The notes below the pieces were generated by a model. It ran no database searches. It was not told where the DNA came from and saw nothing but the letters and a program-made list of their open reading frames with translations. From Nibricoccus sp. (GTDB lineage: Bacteria > Verrucomicrobiota > Verrucomicrobiia > Opitutales > Opitutaceae), in contig JASGHG010000001.1 in the NCBI GenBank assembly GCA_047602425.1, forward strand, positions 1,184,001-1,248,000: a stretch of 64,000 bases of DNA, given 5' to 3'. A program made the translations under genes and the position numbers. Positions 28,274 to 35,483 of the stretch are shown here, piece by piece. How positions within the stretch are numbered: the stretch's first letter is position 1; every line of letters starts with the position of its first letter.

Positions 28274-30733
28274 TTATTTTCGAATTTGGTAAGGCGTAGT
28301 TTTAACCAACTCGTCCTGCAATTTATTGAAGGCGACGCTCACTTCGTCGTCGGTCAACGTGCGGTCGGGCGCGCGAAAAACGAGCGAGAAGGCCAGGCTC
28401 TTTTTGCCGTCGGGCAAACCAGTCCCTTGGTACACGTCGAAAACCTCGACCGTTTCGAGCACAAAGGCCGTGCCGGAAGCAGAGCGCGCAAGCTTCACAA
28501 CGGTTTTCTGCGCCTCGGAAGCGGGCAGGTTCTTGTCGACGACAAGTGCGAGGTCGCGCAGCGCTGCGGGGAATAGACTGAATGGTTGGTAACGACGATG
28601 CGCTTCAACCGAAGCGAGTTTTTCCGGCAGAACGGCAAAAGTACCCGCGTATATCTTGCCCTCAATGCCAAGTGACTTAACCATCGCCAAATCGACAAGA
28701 CCGAAAGCGGCGCCCCAACCGTGGGCCATCTCGCCAGCCACGGCAGACTGCCCTTCCTGCCAGCCGCGGTGAGCGTAGGTGGCCGGTTGCAACGCCTGCC
28801 TGGACAAATCGACGCCACCGGCCATCGCCAAAGCGGCCACCAGACTCTTCGCGGTGTAGAAGTCAGCTGGTTCGCGTTTAAGCCAGCTGCGGTCGCTGGG
28901 ATTTTCAGCAATCACAAATGCCACCGCGACACACTCAAAGTTTGCGCCGTCGCGTTCGACGAAAATGCGGCCGGTTTCGAACAACCGTGAAGCGGAAACG
29001 CCTCGCGACTGGTTGAGTTTGAGGGTTTCGAGAAGGCCCGGGATCAGCGACGAGCGAAGGTGCGACTGGTCTTCAACAAAAGGATTGGCGAGCGCAAGTT
29101 CGGCCACCGCCGTCGACGAAACCCAAGCCTGCAGTTCGCGCTGCGAACGCAATGTGTAGTTCACGCATTCGTGGAAACGCTGGCCAACAAGCTGATCTGC
29201 AACCTTGCGATTGAAAAGCACGATCGGATCGTCCTCGCCAACTAAACCAGGCGATAGAACCACGCTCGCGGGAATTTTTTCAGTGCCGTAGACGCGCAGG
29301 ACTTCCTCGACGAGGTCAATCGGCCGGTCGAGGTCGTCGCGCCAGCTCGGAATCGAAACCGTCATCGCCGGACCGCGCTCGGGCGTCGGCTCCTCGCGGA
29401 CAATCGTAAGTTCGAGCGCTTCAAGCGCGGCGCGGATATCGGCCTCGGGAATCGTGAAGCCGGCCTTTTCACAAATGTAGCCCGGCGTGACCAAGATCTC
29501 GCGTTGCCACGGGACGTCGGCCCCGATGCGCTGCGTTTGTCCGGCGACTTTGCCACCGGCAATTTCCAAGATCAGATCGATCGCACGGTGGGTCGCTTCT
29601 TCGAGCGAATGGGGATCGACGCCACGCTCGTAACGGTAAGACGAATCGGACGAAAGAACTAATTTCCTGGATGTTGCTCGAATTGACTGACGGCGAAAAT
29701 AAGCGCTTTCGAGCACGAGATCCGTCGTTGTTTCGTCGACACCGGAGTTTTCTCCACCCATGACGCCGGCCACAACCAGCGGCTTGGTCGCATCGGCGAT
29801 GACGAGCATGTGATGATTGAGCACGCGCTCCTTGCCATCGAGCGTGACGAGCTTTTCGCCGTCGATTGCGTGGCGCACGATGATCTCGCGGCCGCCAATT
29901 TTTTTGGCATCAAACGCATGGGTCGGCTGACCGTATTCGAGAAGAACGTAATTGCTGATGTCGACGACGTTGTTGATCGGACGCAGGCCGACGGCCTTGA
30001 GTCGCTCCTGCATCCACGACGGACTTGCTCCGATTTTAACGCCAGTGATCACCGTCGCAGTATAAAGCGGGCAGTCGTGACTCGAATCGACGCGGACGGA
30101 TTTCAGCAGATCCTCGCGCGGTGTCGGGTCGGCCGCGGTGGGCGTGAAGGTGACTTCCGGATATTTGAGCTCCAACTTGAACCAAGCGGCGAGTTCGCGC
30201 GCGATGCCGATATGGCTTAGGCAATCGGGCCGGTTCGGTGTGACTTCGATGTCAAACACCACATCGCCCGGAGGCAGTACCGTGTTGATCGGCGTGCCAA
30301 GTGCAGGTTTGCCGTCGAGGATGAGCAAACCAGCCGATTCTTCGGAAATCGTGAGCTCCTTGGCCGAACACATCATGCCATCGGAAAGCTGGCCGCGGAC
30401 CTTGGCCTGCTTGATCGTGAAATTACCAGGTAGCACGGCGCCAGGCAGCGCCACGGGCACGCGGTTGCCGGCGTCGCAGTTGGGTGCGCCGCAGACGATC
30501 GTCTTCACCCCGCCAGCCGAACCAACGTCCACCGTACAGACAGAGAGCTTGTCGGCATTCGGGTGCTTGGCGCGAGTGAGGATTTCGCCAACGACAACGT
30601 CTTTTAGCGCTGGAGCGCCGGTACGGATGACCTGTTCGACCTCGAAACCGAGGAACGTGATCGCGCGACAGATATCGTCGACCGAAGCGTCGAGGCTGAT
30701 GTAAGACTTGAGCCAATTGAGAGAAATTTTCAC
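28274..30733 (-). CDS. pheT: Phenylalanine-tRNA ligase beta subunit
   Basis: SLNWL, HPNADKL, IVCGAPN, TPNRPDCLSHIGIARE, INNVVDISNYV, PSWRDDL, LRSSLIPGLL, FDVYQG. Confidence 0.97.
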   Translation of the reverse strand: MKISLNWLKSYISLDASVDDICRAITFLGFEVEQVIRTGAPALKDVVVGEILTRAKHPNADKLSVCTVDVGSAGGVKTIVCGAPNCDAGNRVPVALPGAVLPGNFTIKQAKVRGQLSDGMMCSAKELTISEESAGLLILDGKPALGTPINTVLPPGDVVFDIEVTPNRPDCLSHIGIARELAAWFKLELKYPEVTFTPTAADPTPREDLLKSVRVDSSHDCPLYTATVITGVKIGASPSWMQERLKAVGLRPINNVVDISNYVLLEYGQPTHAFDAKKIGGREIIVRHAIDGEKLVTLDGKERVLNHHMLVIADATKPLVVAGVMGGENSGVDETTTDLVLESAYFRRQSIRATSRKLVLSSDSSYRYERGVDPHSLEEATHRAIDLILEIAGGKVAGQTQRIGADVPWQREILVTPGYICEKAGFTIPEADIRAALEALELTIVREEPTPERGPAMTVSIPSWRDDLDRPIDLVEEVLRVYGTEKIPASVVLSPGLVGEDDPIVLFNRKVADQLVGQRFHECVNYTLRSQRELQAWVSSTAVAELALANPFVEDQSHLRSSLIPGLLETLKLNQSRGVSASRLFETGRIFVERDGANFECVAVAFVIAENPSDRSWLKREPADFYTAKSLVAALAMAGGVDLSRQALQPATYAHRGWQEGQSAVAGEMAHGWGAAFGLVDLAMVKSLGIEGKIYAGTFAVLPEKLASVEAHRRYQPFSLFPAALRDLALVVDKNLPASEAQKTVVKLARSASGTAFVLETVEVFDVYQGTGLPDGKKSLAFSLVFRAPDRTLTDDEVSVAFNKLQDELVKTTPYQIRK

Positions 30734-30746
30734 GGAAGAATTTTTT

Positions 30747-30773
30747 ACAGAAGATAACGAAGGAAACGAAGCG
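30747..30773. repeat. Left arm of the inverted repeat enclosing GxxExxY gene 2
   Basis: ACAGAAGATAACGAAGGAAACGAAGCG. Matches the reverse complement of 31188-31214 at 26 of 27 positions. Confidence 0.92.
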
Positions 30774-30774
30774 T

Positions 30775-31179
30775 CTAAGGTAGATTTGCGCCAGGAGGGA
30801 TTAAACGAGAGATCCCATTTTTCAGAATGACTTCGTGGAAATTGATCAGAAGCCCGACAGGAATATTTAGCAGTTTCATGTAACTCAGCAGTTGAGCCTT
30901 GTGAATGGGAAGAATGCGTTCAACAGACTTAACTTCGATCAAGAGACAATCGCCGGCCAAAACATCAAAGCGTAGCGGCTCGTCGAACGTTAGCTCTTGA
31001 TAGGTAACTCGGACAAGTTTCTGGCTGACCGCCGAGATTTTTCTCAACGAAAACTCGTGCAGCAAGCAACGCTCGTAGATGGATTCGATCAAGCCGGGGC
31101 CTTTGTCGCGGTGGACCTCTATAGCGGCGCCAATGACCTCATTACTCAAGGCATCAGCTTTTACGTAGAGCGCGTGCAT
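30775..31179 (-). CDS. GxxExxY protein (PD-(D/E)XK nuclease-like, PDDEXK_3), copy 2
   Basis: IGAAIEVHRDKGPGLIESIY, LRFDVL...IEVKS, HKAQLLSYM, GLLINF. Confidence 0.93.
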   Translation of the reverse strand: MHALYVKADALSNEVIGAAIEVHRDKGPGLIESIYERCLLHEFSLRKISAVSQKLVRVTYQELTFDEPLRFDVLAGDCLLIEVKSVERILPIHKAQLLSYMKLLNIPVGLLINFHEVILKNGISRLIPPGANLP

Positions 31180-31187
31180 ACGGGGAT

Positions 31188-31214
31188 CGCTTCGTTTCCT
31201 TCGTTACCTTCTGT
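31188..31214. repeat. Right arm of the inverted repeat enclosing GxxExxY gene 2
   Basis: CGCTTCGTTTCCTTCGTTACCTTCTGT, 11 nt from the pheS stop codon. Confidence 0.92.
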
Positions 31215-31225
31215 TCAATTCCGCT

Positions 31226-32269
31226 TCAGGCGAACTGCTTTAGGAAGCGGACGTCGTTTTGGTAGAAATAGCGGATGTCATCGATGCCGTAGAGGAGCAT
31301 CGCGAGACGCTCTAAGCCCATGCCAAAAGCGTAACCACTCCAGACAGACGAATCGTAGCCGACACCGTCAAACACGGTCGGATCGACCATGCCGCAACCG
31401 CCAATTTCGATCCATTCCTTGTTCACCTTCGGCAGGTGCTTGGCGGAGAGATCGACTTCGAAACTTGGTTCGGTGTAGCCGAAATAGTGCGGACGAAAAC
31501 GCGTCTTGGTGTCCTTGCCGAGCAGTGAGGCAAAGATGTAGTCGAGCAACGCCTTCAAGTCGCGCACGGTGACATTCTTGTCGACGTAGAGGCACTCGAG
31601 TTGGTGGAAGTTGGCCGAGTGTGTGGCGTCAGTCGTGTCGCGACGGTAAACGCGCCCGGGTGAGACGATGCGGATCGGCGGCTTGCCTTTGAGCATGGTG
31701 CGGATCTGGACGGACGACGTATGCGTGCGCAGCAGGTACTTTTCGTTCTGATGCTTTTTCGAAATATTGCCGAACTTGGCGTTATCAGGAAGATAGAAAG
31801 TATCCTGGGCATCGCGGGCCGGATGATCGGCGGGGGTGTTAAGCGCATCGAAACAGTAGTATTCGGTTTCGACCTCTGGGCCCTCGACGACGGAGAAACC
31901 GACTTTACGCAGGATGCGGCACATTTCTTCCCGCACCATTGTGAGTGGATGGTGGGTGCCGAAGGCGAGATCGGGCGACGGCAGCGTCGGATCGATTGCG
32001 GGGCCGAGTTGGGCCTGCAATTCAGCGGCCTCGATCGCGCGAAGCGCAGCATCGAGGAGAGCTTGGAGGTTACCCTTGGTTTCGTTGATCAACTTGCCGA
32101 CGACCGGCTTTTGCTCCTTCGGCACCAAGCCCATCTGTTTCATGAGGGCGGTGAGTTCGCCGTTGGGGCCGACGTAACGGGCTTTAGCAGCCTCGAACTC
32201 GGGGCGGGTTTTCAGCGCGGGGAGTTCCGTTTGAGCCTTGGCCAGAAGGGCGTTGAGTTGGTCTTGCAT
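31226..32269 (-). CDS. pheS: Phenylalanine-tRNA ligase alpha subunit
   Basis: HHPL, HPARDAQDTFY, LRTHTSSVQIR, PGRVYRRD, FHQLE, FRPHYF.YTEPS, AFGMGLERLAML. Confidence 0.97.
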   Translation of the reverse strand: MQDQLNALLAKAQTELPALKTRPEFEAAKARYVGPNGELTALMKQMGLVPKEQKPVVGKLINETKGNLQALLDAALRAIEAAELQAQLGPAIDPTLPSPDLAFGTHHPLTMVREEMCRILRKVGFSVVEGPEVETEYYCFDALNTPADHPARDAQDTFYLPDNAKFGNISKKHQNEKYLLRTHTSSVQIRTMLKGKPPIRIVSPGRVYRRDTTDATHSANFHQLECLYVDKNVTVRDLKALLDYIFASLLGKDTKTRFRPHYFGYTEPSFEVDLSAKHLPKVNKEWIEIGGCGMVDPTVFDGVGYDSSVWSGYAFGMGLERLAMLLYGIDDIRYFYQNDVRFLKQFA

Positions 32270-32400
32270 GAGAAGTGGGCGGCGCAGATGTGACGGTTAG
32301 TTTTCTTTTTTGTCCTAATCCTTGGTCATTCTCTGCCTGATCGAATAAAGAGAAAGAGTACGAGAAAGATAAAGAAGAACGAAAAGCTTGATGGAACGAA

Positions 32401-32436
32401 AATAAAAAAGGACGGCACCTCAGAGAGGCCCGTCCT
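32401..32436 (-). terminator. Intrinsic terminator-like hairpin after rplT
   Basis: Minus strand AGGACGGGCCTC-TCT-GAGGTGCCGTCCT followed by TTTTTATT. Confidence 0.6.
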
Positions 32437-32477
32437 CGGGAAATGAGGCGAGCCTGCGAGGCTCGCGTTTTTCAGAA

Positions 32478-32855
32478 TTAGGCCTTTGCGCCGGCCTTGG
32501 TCTTCAACGCGTCCTGGGCTTTCTTGACCAAGGCGTTAAAGGCGACTTCATCGCGAATCGCGAGGTCCGAAAGGACCTTGCGGTCGAGGCCGATGTTGGC
32601 GGCCTTGAGACCTTCGATGAAGCGGCTGTAGCTGATGCCAGCGTTCCGGCAGGCGGCGTTGAGACGCACGATCCAGAGAGAGCGGAAATCGCCCTTCTTT
32701 TTCTTGCGATGATCGTAGGCGTACTGCCACGCGTGGTGGACAGCCTCTTTCGCATAGCGGAAGAGCTTGGATTTACTTCCGAAGTAGCCCTTGGCGTACT
32801 TCAGTACTTTTTTGCGGCGCTTGCGCGACGCGGGGGAGTTGGTTGCACGAGGCAT
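32478..32855 (-). CDS. rplT: 50S ribosomal protein L20
   Basis: MPRA...RKRRKKVLKYAKGY.G, FRSLWIVRLNAA, YSRFI.GLK.A.I.LDRKVLSDLAI. Confidence 0.97.
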   Translation of the reverse strand: MPRATNSPASRKRRKKVLKYAKGYFGSKSKLFRYAKEAVHHAWQYAYDHRKKKKGDFRSLWIVRLNAACRNAGISYSRFIEGLKAANIGLDRKVLSDLAIRDEVAFNALVKKAQDALKTKAGAKA

Positions 32856-32936
32856 GTTATTGTATGTTTTTTAGAGGCCGCCGGGTCGTCTCGTTAAGAT
32901 TCACCCAGCTGGCGCAGTTATGGTTGAGCTTCTTTA

Positions 32937-33131
32937 TTAGAGGCCGTACGGCAGGCAGCGTTTGAGCGGCTCTGCATGGCCATCAGCCACGAGCTTGTCT
33001 TTGGTAGCACGGCGTTTCTGCTTGGTGCTCTTGGAGGCAAGCAAATGACGGAAGCCGGGCGTGCGGCGGATCAGCTTGCCCTTGGCGGACAATTTGAAGC
33101 GCTTGGCGACGGACTTTTTGGTCTTTTGCAT
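32937..33131 (-). CDS. rpmI: 50S ribosomal protein L35
   Basis: MQKTKKSVAKRFKLSAKGK...HLL..KS.KQKRR...LPY, upstream of rplT. Confidence 0.95.
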   Translation of the reverse strand: MQKTKKSVAKRFKLSAKGKLIRRTPGFRHLLASKSTKQKRRATKDKLVADGHAEPLKRCLPYGL

Positions 33132-33359
33132 GTGAAGAGCGGAAGAAAACAGAGAAGCCGCGGGTCCTTGGCAAGGGGAAATTTCCAAGGAAGCGATTTG
33201 GCCAAAAAATCCGCCTTTCCACAACAGATGCAATTACGGCGTTGACAGGCTTCCGCCAGCCTGAGATTCGATCCGGCTCCGCAAAATCTTTCATCGTAAA
33301 AACCCGCGTGTCACATCCTCACCGATCAGCCCGCAATCCACTTTAAACATACATCCATC

Positions 33360-33908
33360 ATGGCTCACAGCGAAGTACTCCTCCTCCAGCCCGTCGAAGG
33401 TCTCGGCTCCGAAGGCGACCAAGTCAAAGTCCGCGCCGGCTACGCCCGCAATTTCCTCCTCCCGCGCAAGATCGCGGCCCCGCTCACCACGGCCAATCGC
33501 AAACAGGTCGACGCCCTCAAGAAGCGCCGCGCCGAGCGCGAAATCAAGGAGCTCTCCGGCGCCCAGGAACTCGCCAAGAAGATCGAGAAGGTCAGCCTCG
33601 CTTTCGCCGTGAAGACCGGTGAAGGTGGCAAAATGTTCGGTGCGATCACCGCCCAGGACCTCCACGACAAGCTCGTCCAAGCCGGCATCGAAATCGAAAA
33701 GAAGCGCATTCACCTCCACACGCCGGTCAAGACCCTCGGCAAGCACGAGACTTCCATCAAGCTCCACTCCGACGTCTCCGTCACCGTGAGCTTCGACGTC
33801 GTTTCGGAAAACCCGATCGAAGTCGCTCCCGCTCCCGAAGCTCCCAAGGGCGAACACACCGAGAAGAAGTCCGCTCGTCGTCCGAAGGCCGAAAAGAAGA
33901 GCGAATAA
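33360..33908 (+). CDS. rplI: 50S ribosomal protein L9
   Basis: LGSEGDQVKVRAGYARNFLLP, GKMFGAIT, PVKTLG. Confidence 0.96.
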   Translation: MAHSEVLLLQPVEGLGSEGDQVKVRAGYARNFLLPRKIAAPLTTANRKQVDALKKRRAEREIKELSGAQELAKKIEKVSLAFAVKTGEGGKMFGAITAQDLHDKLVQAGIEIEKKRIHLHTPVKTLGKHETSIKLHSDVSVTVSFDVVSENPIEVAPAPEAPKGEHTEKKSARRPKAEKKSE

Positions 33909-33939
33909 GCCCCAAAGGTTTTCGCCGATACAACATTTC

Positions 33940-33977
33940 AAAAGCCGCACCCGCACCGGTGCGGCTTTTTTATTTTT
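33940..33977 (+). terminator. Intrinsic terminator after rplI
   Basis: AAAAGCCGCACC-loop-GGTGCGGCTTTTTTATTTTT. Confidence 0.75.
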
Positions 33978-34067
33978 CTACCTGCTGTGAACAGTTTGAG
34001 GACAACAAAAAATAAGCTGCGCTTGCACACAATTGCTGGTGCCGATCTGCTCTCCGTTTCCCTGTAA

Positions 34068-35483
34068 ATGTCCGAAGAAGCGCCCAGAACTAACCGTCGT
34101 CCACGCCCCAACGGCGACCGCGACGCCGTCGCCAACTCCCCTCTCCTCGTCGGCCGCACTGCTCCGCACAGCATCGAGGCGGAAGAGTATCTGCTCGCCT
34201 GCTGCCTGCTCGATGGCAACGACACCATTGCGCGCTGTCTCGAGGGCAAACTCCTGCCCGCCGCCTTCTACAGTCCGGCCAATCGACTCGTTTACGAAAA
34301 GCTCGTCGAGCTCTACAACAAAGGCACCGCGATCGACCTCGCTATCCTTTCGGAAGAACTAAAAACTTCCAAACAGCTCGACGAGATCGGCGGTTATGCC
34401 TTTCTGACTCAAATCAGCGGACGCATTCCCACGACGGCGCAGGCCGGCTATTTCATTGAAAAAATCCGCGAGCTCTACCTCCTGCGCGAGCTGATCAAGG
34501 TCGCCACGGGCGCGGTGGAAAATTGCTACAGTTACCAAGGCGGCCTTGAGGAGTTCATCGACAAGGTCGAACAGGACCTTTTCAAAGTCACCCAGGATCG
34601 CATTTCCGACGCCGCGAAATCGATGAAGGAGCCCACCATGGAAGCCATGGGTGTCATCAACAAAATGATGATGAAAAAGGGTGAGCTCACAGGCGTCACT
34701 TCGGGCTTCAAGGACCTCGATCAACTCACCTACGGATTTCAGAAATCCGAAATGATTATTTTAGCTGCGCGTCCTTCGATGGGTAAAACCTCGCTCGCGC
34801 TCAACATGGCTGAGTCCGCCGCCATGCCGAAAAAAGGCCCGCAGGTCACCACGCTCGTTTTCAGTTTGGAAATGAGCGCCGCCCAACTCGCCATGCGTAT
34901 GCTTTGCTCCCGCGCTCGCGTGAACATGAAGCTCCTACGCGACGGCTTACTTTCAAAAAATGGCGACGAACAGCAGCGCCTGCTCCAAGCCGCCGACGAG
35001 TTTTCCAAATCCGCCATCTACATCGACGATTCCAGCCATCTCACGATCATGGAACTGCGCGCCAAAGCCCGCCGCCTCCACGCGCGTCACCCCATCGGCT
35101 TCATCGTCGTCGACTATCTCCAACTTCTCAGCCCAACCGATCCCAAAGTCCCGCGCGAACAACAGGTCGCCGAAATGTCCCGCGGATTGAAGTCACTTGC
35201 GAAGGAACTTGAGGTGCCCGTTCTTGTATTAAGTCAGTTGAACCGTTCAGCAGAAAAAGAAAATCGCACGCCCAAACTCTCCGACCTCCGTGAATCCGGC
35301 TCCATCGAACAGGACGCCGACGTTGTTTTAATGCTAGCACGCCCCAAAGACGCCGACGAAAAATTCCAAGTCGCCGCCGACTCTGCGGAGTTAATAGTTG
35401 CCAAGCAACGAAACGGCCCGGTAGGAGAACTAAAGCTCACTTTCCTCCGAGACATCACCCGCTTTGAAAACTTCACCCAGTAA
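34068..35483 (+). CDS. dnaB: Replicative DNA helicase
   Basis: PHSIEAE, AARPSMGKT, FSLEMS, VDYLQL, LSQLNR, SDLRESGSIEQDAD, AKQRNGP. Confidence 0.97.
   Translation: MSEEAPRTNRRPRPNGDRDAVANSPLLVGRTAPHSIEAEEYLLACCLLDGNDTIARCLEGKLLPAAFYSPANRLVYEKLVELYNKGTAIDLAILSEELKTSKQLDEIGGYAFLTQISGRIPTTAQAGYFIEKIRELYLLRELIKVATGAVENCYSYQGGLEEFIDKVEQDLFKVTQDRISDAAKSMKEPTMEAMGVINKMMMKKGELTGVTSGFKDLDQLTYGFQKSEMIILAARPSMGKTSLALNMAESAAMPKKGPQVTTLVFSLEMSAAQLAMRMLCSRARVNMKLLRDGLLSKNGDEQQRLLQAADEFSKSAIYIDDSSHLTIMELRAKARRLHARHPIGFIVVDYLQLLSPTDPKVPREQQVAEMSRGLKSLAKELEVPVLVLSQLNRSAEKENRTPKLSDLRESGSIEQDADVVLMLARPKDADEKFQVAADSAELIVAKQRNGPVGELKLTFLRDITRFENFTQ

Noticed and set aside
26038..31214. Calling the IR-flanked GxxExxY cassettes classical IS elements or terminators
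   Set aside because: There is no DDE/HUH transposase motif and no direct target-site duplication outside the IRs. On the mRNA the stems are followed by A runs, not U runs.
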